A DNA stretch of 64,000 nucleotides, from contig JAWAQK010000005.1 of assembly GCA_038893995.1 (NCBI GenBank), positions 1 to 64,000 of the forward strand. Reading direction: 5' to 3'. Both the position numbers and the translations under genes were made by a program. Positions 1 through 10,797 of the stretch are shown here, piece after piece. The stretch's first letter is position 1; the number at the start of each line of letters is the position of its first letter. The notes beneath the pieces were generated by a model that worked only from the letters and a program-made list of their open reading frames with translations, ran no database searches and was not told the origin of the DNA. Source of the stretch: Candidatus Thorarchaeota archaeon (GTDB lineage Archaea > Asgardarchaeota > Thorarchaeia > Thorarchaeales > Thorarchaeaceae).

Positions 1-782
1 TGGGTGTTGTGATCGATCCAGACACTGAATACCCCATTTGGAACTGAGTATATCATGTGCCTTATTCGACTCGTTTCGCAGAGTACAGACTGCAACGGGC
101 TGTTACGGAGTGTTCGAACTACCCTATGTGACGCATCATAAAGCGCGAACGACATGGCAGCAAGCCTGTCATTTGTGAAACCATCCAAGGACACTCTCAC
201 CCCTCCGTTCAGAGCCAGAAATGCAACCGTTATGTCGGGTATATTCTCGTACACCTGCCTGAGAATATCCCTCAGTGCTATCGATTGTGATCGGTCCAGC
301 GATATGGCCACCCGAGGAATGGATGATTCTGACTTATGGCCCTCTGAGATTGAGAATCCAGCTAGGATACGTCGCACCTCGTCTGTTGAATATGATCTGA
401 GTGGGGTCCTCTGATTCTCGACTCGATCTCTCAGCAGATATGATATCCTCGAAAGCCCGTTCTTCATCTCAATAAACAGTGCTGCTAGGTTGACTCTGGG
501 CGCAGTTGTTATCGTCAGGAAGCAGTCTGAGTCATTAGGAAGCGATGCCAGGAATACCTTTGATGTTTCTGATTCCATGAGTACGTACTTGAAGTCACGG
601 TGTATGGTCTTTGCAGCACCAAAAATCGCGCATGTTGACGATGCGACTGCGAATACCTCACTCTTGGTGAACCACACTCCTGCACTTGCAATCGGGACCC
701 CGTCCTTTTGCACAAGAACAACGTTCTCGACACCAGCTATCTGCTTGATGTTCTGGAGTGCCTCGTTCAATTCGTCGGGCAA
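1..782 (-). CDS. Tandem Roadblock/LC7-like domain protein (3' end outside window)
   Basis: Manual translation from TTG at 782 (GAGGT upstream): MPDELNEALQNIKQIAGVENVVLVQKDGVPIASAG...; a second similar unit LRDILRQVYENIPDITVAFLALNGGVRVS...LAAMSFALYDAS. Open to the window edge; absent from the ORF track. Confidence 0.75.
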   Translation of the reverse strand, partial: MPDELNEALQNIKQIAGVENVVLVQKDGVPIASAGVWFTKSEVFAVASSTCAIFGAAKTIHRDFKYVLMESETSKVFLASLPNDSDCFLTITTAPRVNLAALFIEMKNGLSRISYLLRDRVENQRTPLRSYSTDEVRRILAGFSISEGHKSESSIPRVAISLDRSQSIALRDILRQVYENIPDITVAFLALNGGVRVSLDGFTNDRLAAMSFALYDASHRVVRTLRNSPLQSVLCETSRIRHMIYSVPNGVFSVWIDHNT

Positions 783-929
783 TCAACTGACCTCGCAGCT
801 CTACTAGTTCTAACATTCTTGCTGTAGGATCCTATTTATTCCCCCCATTGTCTCTCTGACAACTGTTCTGGCTGTGATGCTCACCACAACTACCTGTCAG
901 AAACGGGTCATACCATGCGCAATGTTCCA

Positions 930-2225
930 CTACATGTGGATAGAGGCCGTGCTAGGGGCCTCCTGGAATACTGATCTCGCAGCTCGTCCAACCTTCAACC
1001 GATGTTCGTCCGAGGTATAGACTCTAATGACATCCAAGTACACCTTCATCATACTTGCTATGTTGGAGTAGTCTGAGAGTCTGCGTGACACTTTCTTGCC
1101 TTCTATGACTTCGAACGTTCCTATCTCCATCGGGTTCAGTGAGTCTAGGCCATACGGGACCGAAGGGAGTGTTGGAACGTCGACAATTACCTCATCAACT
1201 GGCACGCCCGCTTCTTCTGCGATCTCCTCCTGGATGCTCTCTCTGACCTTCTTCTTGGTCAGGAGCCTTGACACAAATCTGTCTTGTGTATGGACGACCT
1301 TTTCGAAGGCCGACTTGTACAACAATCTCGAGTCAAGTCGCCGAACCATCTCTGTTGCAAGTCTGGCGTCGTCGGATTCAGTCGGATCTACTCGTCTAAC
1401 CCTCGATATGAACGACATATCGTCGAGCTCGAGAAAGTCATCAATACTATCGAATCTGGTCAACCCCAGGACCCTGTCAGCGGCTGTCATTAGCTTTACC
1501 AACATCACTTCTACACTTCGGACGGTCTTGTGGTAATAGACATTCGAGAACATCTCATAGCGAGCCACCACGAAAGCTTCGAGGGCTCCTCTGGCCGTGA
1601 GATTGAATTCGATAAAGTGGTCATCTGAAACCTCGGCGCTGCTTATCAGCCTGTAAGTGTCTATCAAACCATAGTGTACCCCACAGTAGAACGAGTCGCG
1701 TACAAGATAGTCCATCTTGTCAACGTCGACTTGCCCAGCCACGATTCCAGTTACCACAGAGTCCGTTGTCTGTGATCTCTGCCCTCTGACCAGCTTTCCA
1801 ATCCTCTCTTTTGAGAAGCCTCCATTCTCGATTATGTCTCCCAGTTCACTCTCCCGAATCACCCACTCGGTGATATCTTCATGGTTCAGTCCCCTGTTTT
1901 CGAGTAGGGCTTCCTCGAAGACGTGACTGAATGGACCATGACCGACATCGTGTAGAAGACTGGCAATCCGAGTTTCTTGAAGTGCATCTTCACCAAGTCC
2001 TGCCTGGGGCAGTAACCGCTTCCCCATCAGATGCGATAGATACATCGCACCAATGGAATGTCCGAACCTGCTGTGTTCAGCCGTCGGATAGACCAAGTGT
2101 CCTCCAGATAGTTGTTTTACTCTCCTCAACCTCTGGCAGGGCTGTGAGTCTACTATTTGTCGCTCTATCTCTGTTAGCTTTATGAAGCCGTGAATGGGGT
2201 CGTTGATCTCTATGTGCCCATTCAC
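930..2225 (-). CDS. HD-domain phosphohydrolase, SAMHD1/YdhJ-like dNTPase family
   Basis: DPIHG, QRLRRVKQL, HSRFGHSIG, LLHDVGHGPFSH, DVDKMDYLVRD and VYYHKT motifs. Confidence 0.9.
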   Translation of the reverse strand: MNGHIEINDPIHGFIKLTEIERQIVDSQPCQRLRRVKQLSGGHLVYPTAEHSRFGHSIGAMYLSHLMGKRLLPQAGLGEDALQETRIASLLHDVGHGPFSHVFEEALLENRGLNHEDITEWVIRESELGDIIENGGFSKERIGKLVRGQRSQTTDSVVTGIVAGQVDVDKMDYLVRDSFYCGVHYGLIDTYRLISSAEVSDDHFIEFNLTARGALEAFVVARYEMFSNVYYHKTVRSVEVMLVKLMTAADRVLGLTRFDSIDDFLELDDMSFISRVRRVDPTESDDARLATEMVRRLDSRLLYKSAFEKVVHTQDRFVSRLLTKKKVRESIQEEIAEEAGVPVDEVIVDVPTLPSVPYGLDSLNPMEIGTFEVIEGKKVSRRLSDYSNIASMMKVYLDVIRVYTSDEHRLKVGRAARSVFQEAPSTASIHM

Positions 2226-2232
2226 TGTTTCC

Positions 2233-2979
2233 TCACCTACTCATTGGGTCAAAGGTCCTCAACACACTTACCAATTCATCAACTGAGCCTATGCCTGATA
2301 CACATAGAGGAAGGTGAATACTCTCAGCTATCGAGATTGCAATAGGGTCCAGTTCTCTCACCCCATGCAGGATGACGACCGTCGGCTTGACTGCAACTGA
2401 AGTACCGATCTGACTGGCCTTGATTGCAACCATTGGCGAACGGCCAGTCGTGACATTTGTAAGTATTGCTGCGCGTTGAGTGGTGCCACCATAGAGTCGA
2501 AGCAGTTGCTGTGGGGTTAGAGAAACTATGGCCTTGACGCTGTCAAGTATTGTATAGCCATACACCACGTGCTCAAGCAAGGCACTGTGTGTCAGGATTC
2601 TGCAGCGAAGCAGTTCTACCAGTTCCTTCGCGACAACGGGAAATCCAAACTCTCTGCTGTCCAAGATTGCATCTGACGAGATCTCGGGCGCAACTAGCTT
2701 CTCCAGAGCAATTGCGATTCGACCCCCATTTGCCGCGTCCATTTCTATCAGTCCCTCGACAAAGCGTCTTATTGTTTCAACACGAGGTGACTTCCTGCGT
2801 CCGCTCTCATAGTCACTTATCACTGATGGAGATACGCCCAGGTGAGCGGCCAGATCCTTCTGTGAGATCTGGAAACGTTCCCTCCATCTCCTCATCACCA
2901 TACCTGGATCCTTCTCTGAGAAACATATCTCGCCGGCCATGACCTCTGCAAGCCTTTGTGAGGTCTTGCTGGAACTCAT
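2233..2979 (-). CDS. XRE-type HTH transcriptional regulator, COG1709-like (paralog 1)
   Basis: WRERFQISQKDLAAHLGVSPSVISDYESGRRKSP and TGRSPMVAIK; start placed at ATG 2979. Confidence 0.85.
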   Translation of the reverse strand: MSSSKTSQRLAEVMAGEICFSEKDPGMVMRRWRERFQISQKDLAAHLGVSPSVISDYESGRRKSPRVETIRRFVEGLIEMDAANGGRIAIALEKLVAPEISSDAILDSREFGFPVVAKELVELLRCRILTHSALLEHVVYGYTILDSVKAIVSLTPQQLLRLYGGTTQRAAILTNVTTGRSPMVAIKASQIGTSVAVKPTVVILHGVRELDPIAISIAESIHLPLCVSGIGSVDELVSVLRTFDPMSR

Positions 2980-3089
2980 ATGCACTCGTTCTACGTCACA
3001 TGAGATAAGAATTGTCATAAGCTGCGGAGTTGCCAACGCCCCACCGAAGAGCTAATTATCGGAACCATGCACCAGCTATGTGTGGACAC

Positions 3090-3854
3090 ATGCTGTTTGC
3101 ATTCATTGTAGGTACGGCTGGCTCTGGAAAGTCGACATTGACCCAGTCCCTGCAGAAGTGGCTTGTCGATGCAGGGTTGAACATAGCGACAGTCAATCTA
3201 GACCCTGGAATTGAGCGTGCACCCTACCTAATCGACGTTGATGTTCGAAGCTACGTGAGCTATCCTCGAGTCATGGAACAATTCGGACTTGGACCCAATG
3301 GGGCTCTTGTTGCGTGCCTTGACATGACGGTAAATCATATCCGTGAACTGAGAGACGAGATACTGGACACTGATGCGGACTATGTTCTTGTTGACTGCCC
3401 CGGGCAGATGGAGCTCTTCGCCTACAGAAACTCAGGACCCATGGTCGTAGACGGACTGAGAGGAAAGGAACAAGCAATGTCTCTCTACCTCCTTGATTCA
3501 AACATGGCGCGAACTCCCGAGGGGTACCTGTCTTCAATGCTCCTGGGTATGTCTGTGTGGATACGATTCGGGCTGCCTCAGCTCAATGTGCTTAGCAAAT
3601 GCGATCTCCTCGATCCAGAGGAGGTAGATCGCCTACTGAATTGGTCTGCTGAACCGTTTGCGATCGAAGACGATCTTGAGAAGTCGTCTGGTGGTATGAT
3701 CAAGGAATTCACCTATGCCCTGCTCCGAATGCTGGACGATCTGGGAGGTCTGGGGGCAACAATCCCCACATCCTCACGAAACATGACTGGTCTAGACGAA
3801 CTCTATGGTGAGATGCAACGGGTATTCATGGGTGGCGAGGACACACTAAGGTAG
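3090..3854 (+). CDS. GPN-loop GTPase
   Basis: GTAGSGKS, NLDPG, LGPNG, DCPGQMELF, SKCD. Confidence 0.93.
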   Translation: MLFAFIVGTAGSGKSTLTQSLQKWLVDAGLNIATVNLDPGIERAPYLIDVDVRSYVSYPRVMEQFGLGPNGALVACLDMTVNHIRELRDEILDTDADYVLVDCPGQMELFAYRNSGPMVVDGLRGKEQAMSLYLLDSNMARTPEGYLSSMLLGMSVWIRFGLPQLNVLSKCDLLDPEEVDRLLNWSAEPFAIEDDLEKSSGGMIKEFTYALLRMLDDLGGLGATIPTSSRNMTGLDELYGEMQRVFMGGEDTLR

Positions 3855-3861
3855 ACGGGGT

Positions 3862-4884
3862 GTGCGCAATATCGGAAAGTACTACGCCCTCATCTCAGGT
3901 GATATGATTGACCTCGCCAGAGCCGAGGTCGAGTCGCTACTCAACATGATTGGGAATCGATGCATCGTTGACTGGAGGGGTCGGCTAGCGGTGATCAGCT
4001 CGGACCATGATCCCACAGACTTCCTTCTTCAGCGGGCTTCATTCGCGAGGGCGGTTGGTGAGATACTGTTCACTTGTGATCGTCATGGCCCTGTGTCGTC
4101 CGACGCTCTATCGGCTGCTCTTCGACCCGACCAGACCTTTCGTATAGATGTGATAGCACAGGATCACAGAGTTTCCAGTAGCGAGAAAAAAGAACTGATA
4201 ATGAAGTGGGGCAGGTCCGTACACGAAGCGACCGGAGGAACTGTGAATCTGGAGTCCCCCAATGCTCGGTTTGCTCTACTTGTAGATGATGATCATATCA
4301 TGTTCTGTAGATACCACGAATCACATCTCCGCAGGGAACTCAGATCGCGCCTTGCCAGCAAGAAACCCTTCTTTCACCCATCAATGATGAACTCTGTAGT
4401 GGCCAGGGCTCTATGCAACCTGGGCCTGCTTAGAGCCGGAGAGGTACTGCTTGACCCCTTCTGTGGGGCCGGAGGAATACTATGTGAAGCAGCTCTCATG
4501 GGCGCATATGTTGTAGGAATCGACTCCAATCCTCGACTTCTACGGGGCGCGCGAATGAACCTTGCTTCACAATGCAGTACCAACAGTACACTCATTCTAG
4601 GCGATTCGAGGTTCATACCTATCTCAGGTGTGAGCTTGGTCGTGACTGACCCTCCCTACGGCAGGACGAGCTCTACCCGCGGCCATGATGCGGTAGGATT
4701 GGTTAGAAGATTCTTTGCACAGACTGATGACATTCTTGTCTGTGGAGGTCGTGTCTGCATCTGCGCAGACAGCGAGATGAACATTGGAGATATCCTCGAC
4801 ACTATGGGCATGCCAGTTGAACTTCGTGTGAAGGTCCCGGTTCATGCTGGGCTGTGTCGAGAAATATTTCGTGTCCGCATCTAG
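3862..4884 (+). CDS. trmG10: tRNA (guanine10-N2)-methyltransferase, THUMP plus MTase (Trm11 family)
   Basis: KPFFHPSMM, LDPFCGAGG, TDPPYG. Confidence 0.85.
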   Translation: MRNIGKYYALISGDMIDLARAEVESLLNMIGNRCIVDWRGRLAVISSDHDPTDFLLQRASFARAVGEILFTCDRHGPVSSDALSAALRPDQTFRIDVIAQDHRVSSSEKKELIMKWGRSVHEATGGTVNLESPNARFALLVDDDHIMFCRYHESHLRRELRSRLASKKPFFHPSMMNSVVARALCNLGLLRAGEVLLDPFCGAGGILCEAALMGAYVVGIDSNPRLLRGARMNLASQCSTNSTLILGDSRFIPISGVSLVVTDPPYGRTSSTRGHDAVGLVRRFFAQTDDILVCGGRVCICADSEMNIGDILDTMGMPVELRVKVPVHAGLCREIFRVRI

Positions 4885-5306
4885 TCCGCTACGATGCGTC
4901 CATCCTCGGTGCGGGGGGTGAGCCATGACAATACAGACTCGAATTCCAGCCGACTTGTGAACTCCAGTTTCACCATGATGCTACCCAGTGGAGGCGTTTC
5001 CTCTGAGTCATCAACTAGCCGTAGTCTCTTTATGGTGGCCGCCTGCTTGTCTAGAAGAATGAACGATTCTTGTCCATTCCAATTCAGGATCAGCCTTGAT
5101 TTTACGGTGTCAATGATCCGCAGATTGTGAATCATCGAGCGTAACTCGGCAAGTAGATCCATCCCCTCTCCTTCGAAGTATAGCTCACGTGGAAGGCCGT
5201 CGTTTCTAAGAGTCGGCTTAGCCCCGATAATGAGGGACGAAATTGCATCACTCACAACTCTATCGTCCTCGGTTGGGTAGACTGGGCAGATGACGCGCAC
5301 TTTCAT
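4881..5306 (-). CDS. UPF0201 family putative RNA-binding protein
   Basis: PVYPTED, LDKQAA, PLGSI and WLTPRT..G; coupled to the upstream kinase-like gene. Confidence 0.85.
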   Translation of the reverse strand: MKVRVICPVYPTEDDRVVSDAISSLIIGAKPTLRNDGLPRELYFEGEGMDLLAELRSMIHNLRIIDTVKSRLILNWNGQESFILLDKQAATIKRLRLVDDSEETPPLGSIMVKLEFTSRLEFESVLSWLTPRTEDGRIVAD

Positions 5307-5846
5307 TCAGGACAACTCCATCATCAGTCTTCGTCCATTCTCTCTCAAGCTCTCCAGATCCCCCTCATTGATGATCATGTTATCGCTGAGTGCGATCACT
5401 CCGCCAATACCAACAGAGATCTCTCTTAGGTCTCTCTCACGAAAGGTTTTCCAGTCTGGGGGCGCATCCTCACGCCCTCTGCTCTGAAGTCTTCTGAATC
5501 GGGTCTTTGGAGATGAATGTACACACACCAAGAGAACGTCATCGCAGAGCCGAGAGAACTCCTCCACCTCTGCAAGGCTTCGACATCCCTCGATGACCAC
5601 AATCTCCGATTGCAAGGCAGCAATCTCGTCCACACACATTCTGGCAATTGCACCGGGACCAAATCTGTCCCTGAGCTCGAGCATTATCCTTCCAGTATTG
5701 GTAGGATTCGGTTCTAGACCTCTTTTCCTAGTTTCCCTGCGCACGACATCTCCCATTACGATCACTGGGTATCCTTCCTCTCTGAATACGTTGGCCAACT
5801 CGCTCTTTCCCGATCCTGGCATCCCGGTGAGTATCACGATACGCAT
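5307..5846 (-). CDS. UPF0200 / dephospho-CoA kinase-like P-loop kinase
   Basis: TGMPGSGKS, MGDVVR, RGREDAP, RDLRE. Confidence 0.85.
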   Translation of the reverse strand: MRIVILTGMPGSGKSELANVFREEGYPVIVMGDVVRRETRKRGLEPNPTNTGRIMLELRDRFGPGAIARMCVDEIAALQSEIVVIEGCRSLAEVEEFSRLCDDVLLVCVHSSPKTRFRRLQSRGREDAPPDWKTFRERDLREISVGIGGVIALSDNMIINEGDLESLRENGRRLMMELS

Positions 5847-6075
5847 CTCCAACCACATCCAGTTCCTTCAATCTTGCCCATTGATCGCACCCGGACTGAG
5901 GAAGTCTTGTCGATTTCCCTTCTTGCTTCCACAGTCATATCACCTCAAACATTTCGTGTTCGGATTATCCTTTCCGATTCTGGGCCCTGCAGGGAAACTT
6001 GTGGTCTCTTGCAAAGCTCATCCAGATACTCTTCAAGATCGATTTGGGGTTCTACCTTGTGTGTCACATATGCAG

Positions 6076-7224
6076 TCAGATCACATATGACAAGTCGTTG
6101 TTCCCTCGCAGATTCCTCAACACGGATTCTACCGTTTCTGATGAGATACGGTCCTTCTTCTCCGCTATCGCTATGTGAAGTGATTCCTTGATGACTCTGT
6201 CTCTCAAGTCTCTTCCAGACAGTCCCTCTGTCATCGCAGCGACTCTTCTGATGTCAATGTCTATGGGAATAGGCAATCTCTTTGCATAGAGTTCCAGAAT
6301 CCGGGCCCGTTCGTCAATGGTGGGAAGTTTAAACTCGAATACTGCATCGAATCTGCTTCTGAGTGCGGGATCTATGAGTGCAGGTGCATTGGTTGCTCCG
6401 ATGACAACCACTCCTGACTCCTCTCCCGTCCTGTCCATCTCACTCAGCAGTGCAGTGACCACCTCGGAAACATCTCCCCTTATGGACTGAAATGACCTCG
6501 ACAGACCGATTGCATCGAGTTCGTCCAAGAATACGACACACGGCGCAAGCCGACGAGCATCCTCAAAGAGAGCACTTATCCTTCTTCCTCCGTCACCGAC
6601 ATGAACCCCAATCATATCTGACGCCTTGGTGAGAATTATCCGTGCATTGGCATGACTTGCAAGCGCCCTTGCAGTCATCGACTTGCCTGTTCCTGGACTT
6701 CCATAGAACAAGATGGCACGGGGAGCCCATTCTCCAAACTTCTTAGGGTCTTCGAGATACCTGAGAATTAGCTGGCATTTCTGCTTGACCGACTCGTGAC
6801 CAATGATGTCATCAAAACACAACTTTCGACTCAGCGTCTGGGTGAGATCCGGGCCTGTAGTCTGTAACACTATGTCTGTGTGTCTTGTGATGACTGCCTC
6901 CGGGGGTTCAACCTCCATTACTTGGAATGCAAAATCCGGCATGACGTATCGGTCGAACAGATAGATTCCTGTTCTCACTATACTTCCTATCCACTGCTCT
7001 CGTGCGTACTCTGTGAATAACTCAATTGAATCAACCTCCAGTCCTCCCGGCTTTGGATCTCCCCTCAGTCTGAAGGGATAACCAACTTCCCTGAGTACGA
7101 GTCTGGTTGCTCCGGGAACTTCCGCACCATGTCCCTTGGAGTTCTTCTTGGTAGACCCTCGGACGTTTGTCTGAGTCTTCGCCCCGGACTCATCCTGTCT
7201 GGTCAACTTACCACTTTCCACCAC
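6076..7224 (-). CDS. Archaeal AAA+ ATPase (COG1223-like)
   Basis: YAREQW N-domain, FGEWAP, GSPGTGKS, FLDELD, DPALRSRF. Confidence 0.88.
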   Translation of the reverse strand: MVESGKLTRQDESGAKTQTNVRGSTKKNSKGHGAEVPGATRLVLREVGYPFRLRGDPKPGGLEVDSIELFTEYAREQWIGSIVRTGIYLFDRYVMPDFAFQVMEVEPPEAVITRHTDIVLQTTGPDLTQTLSRKLCFDDIIGHESVKQKCQLILRYLEDPKKFGEWAPRAILFYGSPGTGKSMTARALASHANARIILTKASDMIGVHVGDGGRRISALFEDARRLAPCVVFLDELDAIGLSRSFQSIRGDVSEVVTALLSEMDRTGEESGVVVIGATNAPALIDPALRSRFDAVFEFKLPTIDERARILELYAKRLPIPIDIDIRRVAAMTEGLSGRDLRDRVIKESLHIAIAEKKDRISSETVESVLRNLRGNNDLSYVI

Positions 7225-7292
7225 TCTTCCTGTTCAGGCGGTATCCTTTAAGAGTTGTCTTGGGTATACTCAGTCAGCTTGACGTGGTGCCT

Positions 7293-7868
7293 ATGAGTGA
7301 AACCGAGCGCGTAAGGGCCTTCCTGAGCATAGACATAGATGATGATACACTTCTGACACGAATATCCTATTTGCAACGACTGCTTGATACTGACTGTGCT
7401 AGACTCAAGCTAATCGACAGAGATGATATCCATTTCACCCTCCGGTTCTTTGGTGACATAAGTAGAGGGATGGTCGAGAAAATGCATGACTGTCTTGATG
7501 GGTTCCAGTTTCATCCCTTTGACATCACCATCTCTGGAGTTGGGGCATTTCCAAGCGCAGCCCGACCTAATGTCGTTTGGGTCGGCGTATCGAGGAATCG
7601 TGAATTGATGGTCCGGCTCAAAGAACAGATCGATGAGTCCCTAAGAACGCTCGGATTCCCATCAGACGCCAGATTCGCGCCGCATGCCACCATTGCGAGA
7701 GTTCGGAGTGTTGTTGATCGTAATCGTTTTCGCGAGAACCTGGCCTCGCTCTTGAGAGAAGAGGTAGGAACAATGGTCGTCACTAACTTCCGGCTTACAC
7801 AGAGCGTATTGACACCATCAGGGCCCATCTACAACACCCTTTGGGAGATACCTGCAACTCGAATGTGA
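7293..7868 (+). CDS. thpR: RNA 2',3'-cyclic phosphodiesterase (2H family)
   Basis: RAFLSID, HFTLRFFG, PHATIAR, SVLTPSGPIY. Confidence 0.92.
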   Translation: MSETERVRAFLSIDIDDDTLLTRISYLQRLLDTDCARLKLIDRDDIHFTLRFFGDISRGMVEKMHDCLDGFQFHPFDITISGVGAFPSAARPNVVWVGVSRNRELMVRLKEQIDESLRTLGFPSDARFAPHATIARVRSVVDRNRFRENLASLLREEVGTMVVTNFRLTQSVLTPSGPIYNTLWEIPATRM

Positions 7869-7960
7869 TCCATTGACATTGGCAACTGGTGTTCATCGAA
7901 TTGCTTATACGCAGTCATGGTTCTCCCAGCCCATAAACGCCTCCGGAGTATGACCAGGAG

Positions 7961-9646
7961 ATGGTAGATACAGGCAATAAGACCCCCGCATTTGTTGTGG
8001 TGACCGGCGGCGTGCTCTCGGGCATTGGAAAGGGTGTGACTACAGCATCCATCGCAAAGTTATTTCAGTTCCGCGGCTACAGCGTCCGCATAGTCAAGAT
8101 CGACCCCTACCTCAACATAGATCCTGGTACACTCAACCCCGTAGAACACGGCGAGGTTTTTGTGACCGATGGGACTTGGATCTTTCACCCATTCAGAGAC
8201 TTCGAGTTCAAGATATCCGAGATTGACCTTGATTTTGGCACATACGAGAGGTTTACGGGACTTGATGTTCATCCGTCCCAGAACATAACATCTGGTCAGA
8301 TCTACCTGTCAGTCATTCTTGAAGAAAGAAAAGGACGTTTTCTTGGTCGGACTGTTCAGATCATCCCCCATGTCACTGACCACATCAAACAGAGGATTTG
8401 GGACGTGGTGCATGAGAGTCATCCTGATGTCCTGTTGATAGAGATCGGTGGTACTGTGGGCGACATTGAGGCGATGCCCTTTCTGGAGGCAATACGGCAA
8501 CTCACAATGGATGTTGGACGAAACCATGTTGCGCTCGTGCATGTCACATACGTGCCCTATGTCAAATCTGTGGGGGAGTTCAAGACCAAACCAACACAAC
8601 ATAGCGTGCGTGCTCTCCAGGGCCTTGGATTGCAACCAGATGTGATCGTGTGTAGAGCGGAACTAGAGTTAGATGAATCCTTGATGGCAAAGATCGCACT
8701 GTTCTGCAACGTGCCACGAAACAGAGTGATCTCTAACCCAGATACGCCGGTGATCTATAGCATCCCCCTCCTATTCGAGAAACAGGGACTGGGTTCTGCA
8801 CTTGTTGAGCATCTTGGTCTTGAGAGCAGGCCTGCTGATGTGGGTCCATGGGCGAAGATCGTGGAATCCTTTGTAAATGCAAAGGATACCATCGTCATTG
8901 CAATGCCAGGGAAGTATACTCGATTGGAAGACTCCTACAAGAGTATCAGCGAGGCGCTGCAGCATGCTTCTGCTGCTCTTGGGGTCAGAGTGAACGTGAA
9001 ATGCATTGAAACTGACGAACACACCTGTGAGTTCTTTCGGTCTGAGTTTGAGTCCGTCGATGGAGTGCTACTCACACCCGGATTTGGAAACCGCGGTGTC
9101 GAGGGGATGATCAGTGCAGCTTCTGCAACACTCAACCTGAATCTGCCGTTTCTGGGAATATGCTACGGTGCTCAACTGGGCGTAGTCGCATTTGCCAGAA
9201 CACGGATGGGGTGGAACGGTGCCCACACAACAGAAGTTGACCCCGATAGTCTGTACCCCGTTGTAGATCTGATGGACGAACAACGGACAACCAAGGAGAA
9301 GGGCGGTACCATGCGTCTAGGTGGACATCCAGTACACATAGTGGAGGGCACTCATCTACACAGACTCTATGGAGAAAGAGTAGTGCGCGAAAGATTCCGG
9401 CACAGATATCACCTGATTCAGAGATATATTGGGAAGATGACTGACAAGGGCTTGATAGTTTCTGCCTACGATGAAACTGGTTCCATCATCAATGCTGTTG
9501 AATTGCGTGAACATCCCTTCTGGATTGGGGTGCAGTTCCATCCAGAGTTCAAATCGCGGCCAGATCGTCCTCATCCACTTTATGTGGGTCTAATAAGAGC
9601 AGCACTGGAACACAAGAGAGCGAGAGTGGAATCGCGTGGAGAATGA
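7961..9646 (+). CDS. pyrG: CTP synthase
   Basis: [36 protein letters not shown]. Confidence 0.97.
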   Translation: MVDTGNKTPAFVVVTGGVLSGIGKGVTTASIAKLFQFRGYSVRIVKIDPYLNIDPGTLNPVEHGEVFVTDGTWIFHPFRDFEFKISEIDLDFGTYERFTGLDVHPSQNITSGQIYLSVILEERKGRFLGRTVQIIPHVTDHIKQRIWDVVHESHPDVLLIEIGGTVGDIEAMPFLEAIRQLTMDVGRNHVALVHVTYVPYVKSVGEFKTKPTQHSVRALQGLGLQPDVIVCRAELELDESLMAKIALFCNVPRNRVISNPDTPVIYSIPLLFEKQGLGSALVEHLGLESRPADVGPWAKIVESFVNAKDTIVIAMPGKYTRLEDSYKSISEALQHASAALGVRVNVKCIETDEHTCEFFRSEFESVDGVLLTPGFGNRGVEGMISAASATLNLNLPFLGICYGAQLGVVAFARTRMGWNGAHTTEVDPDSLYPVVDLMDEQRTTKEKGGTMRLGGHPVHIVEGTHLHRLYGERVVRERFRHRYHLIQRYIGKMTDKGLIVSAYDETGSIINAVELREHPFWIGVQFHPEFKSRPDRPHPLYVGLIRAALEHKRARVESRGE

Positions 9647-10790
9647 CCTTGACAGTGTGTTGTACAGATTGGTCAAGGAACTTGAACACATCGAGGGCTC
9701 TCGGGCTCGTTTCGGTCAAGTACTACGGAAGATAAAGACCCAGATTGACCTAGGCCATTATCGATCCATTGCATCAAGCACCATTGAGCATGCTCTTGTT
9801 AGTAGGGTGGATCCCACTTCGTTAGCAGGATTGCGCATCGTAGGAATTGACGGCGGCTTGGCCCGCCGGAGTTTCAGAGCGATGGACTTGATCATCACAC
9901 GGGGCATCGCAGTCATCTTTCGATTTGGCCCCCCCGAGGGTCCTGATGTGGAGTTCTATCCCGGTCCATTTCCCCCACCACAAGTGACTCCTCTCATGTT
10001 GACGCTGTCAAGTACTGAGCTTGATCAGATGGCCACCCTTGAGAGGATAGCAACTGAGCTCCGGGTCGCTCTCTCGGTCCTCGACCAGTTTGAAGTAGAT
10101 GTGATCTTGATGGATGGTGGTCTTTTCTTTCATCCGAGAGACCGGCCTCCGCCTTCCTCACCGGTGTATGAGAAGTTTCAGGAGGTCATGGCACTCTACA
10201 GACAGCTATATCTCGCCACAAGAAGAAAGCAAGTTGTGCTCGTTGGTATAGTCAAGGATAGTCGTTCTACAAGAATTGTCAACATGTTGGGAGAGATCCT
10301 TCCTCATGTTCTACGTGACCCGTCCGTTTTCAAGATGATGGAGGGCATAGACTACCGACGCCTACTGAAGATCTCCCGAGACTGTGATCTACTTGATACC
10401 TTTCTTGACGAGACCGAGAGGACCTTCATCTTCAACTACTCATCCGAACTCATGCACGCAACTGGTGGAGGCCAAGACGACCTTCAGCAATGGGCCTCCG
10501 ATATCTGGATCTCGTATCTTCGCACAGCAAGGAACGATCTGCCGATTAGAGCAGAAGTGCTGGTTGATGGCGATCCAGTGGGTCAAATGGAGCGCGCCCT
10601 TCGGGTTGTGCTTCCCCTGGCCAGGCGCCATCCTGAGTATGGACTACCCGCACCTGTTCTTGAAGCTGATGCTAGAGCAAGGATCTCAAGTCATGAAGCA
10701 CAGCTCATAATGGACCGACTGATGGCAATGTCTGGTCTTAGACACATGCTACTTGGAAAAAGACGTTCCAGAAACCCATTCGGGGGTTGA
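9636..10790 (+). CDS. nurA: NurA 5'-3' nuclease
   Basis: GIDGG, LMDGG, GIVKDS, YGLPAPVLEADARA; directly upstream of herA. Confidence 0.88.
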   Translation: MENDLDSVLYRLVKELEHIEGSRARFGQVLRKIKTQIDLGHYRSIASSTIEHALVSRVDPTSLAGLRIVGIDGGLARRSFRAMDLIITRGIAVIFRFGPPEGPDVEFYPGPFPPPQVTPLMLTLSSTELDQMATLERIATELRVALSVLDQFEVDVILMDGGLFFHPRDRPPPSSPVYEKFQEVMALYRQLYLATRRKQVVLVGIVKDSRSTRIVNMLGEILPHVLRDPSVFKMMEGIDYRRLLKISRDCDLLDTFLDETERTFIFNYSSELMHATGGGQDDLQQWASDIWISYLRTARNDLPIRAEVLVDGDPVGQMERALRVVLPLARRHPEYGLPAPVLEADARARISSHEAQLIMDRLMAMSGLRHMLLGKRRSRNPFGG

Positions 10791-10797
10791 AATAGGG

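Noticed and set aside
5835-6066. Minus-strand frame with one in-frame TGA (...RNV*GDMTVEARR...) as a possible selenoprotein
   Set aside because: No redox motif, recognisable family or SECIS; it overlaps the next gene.
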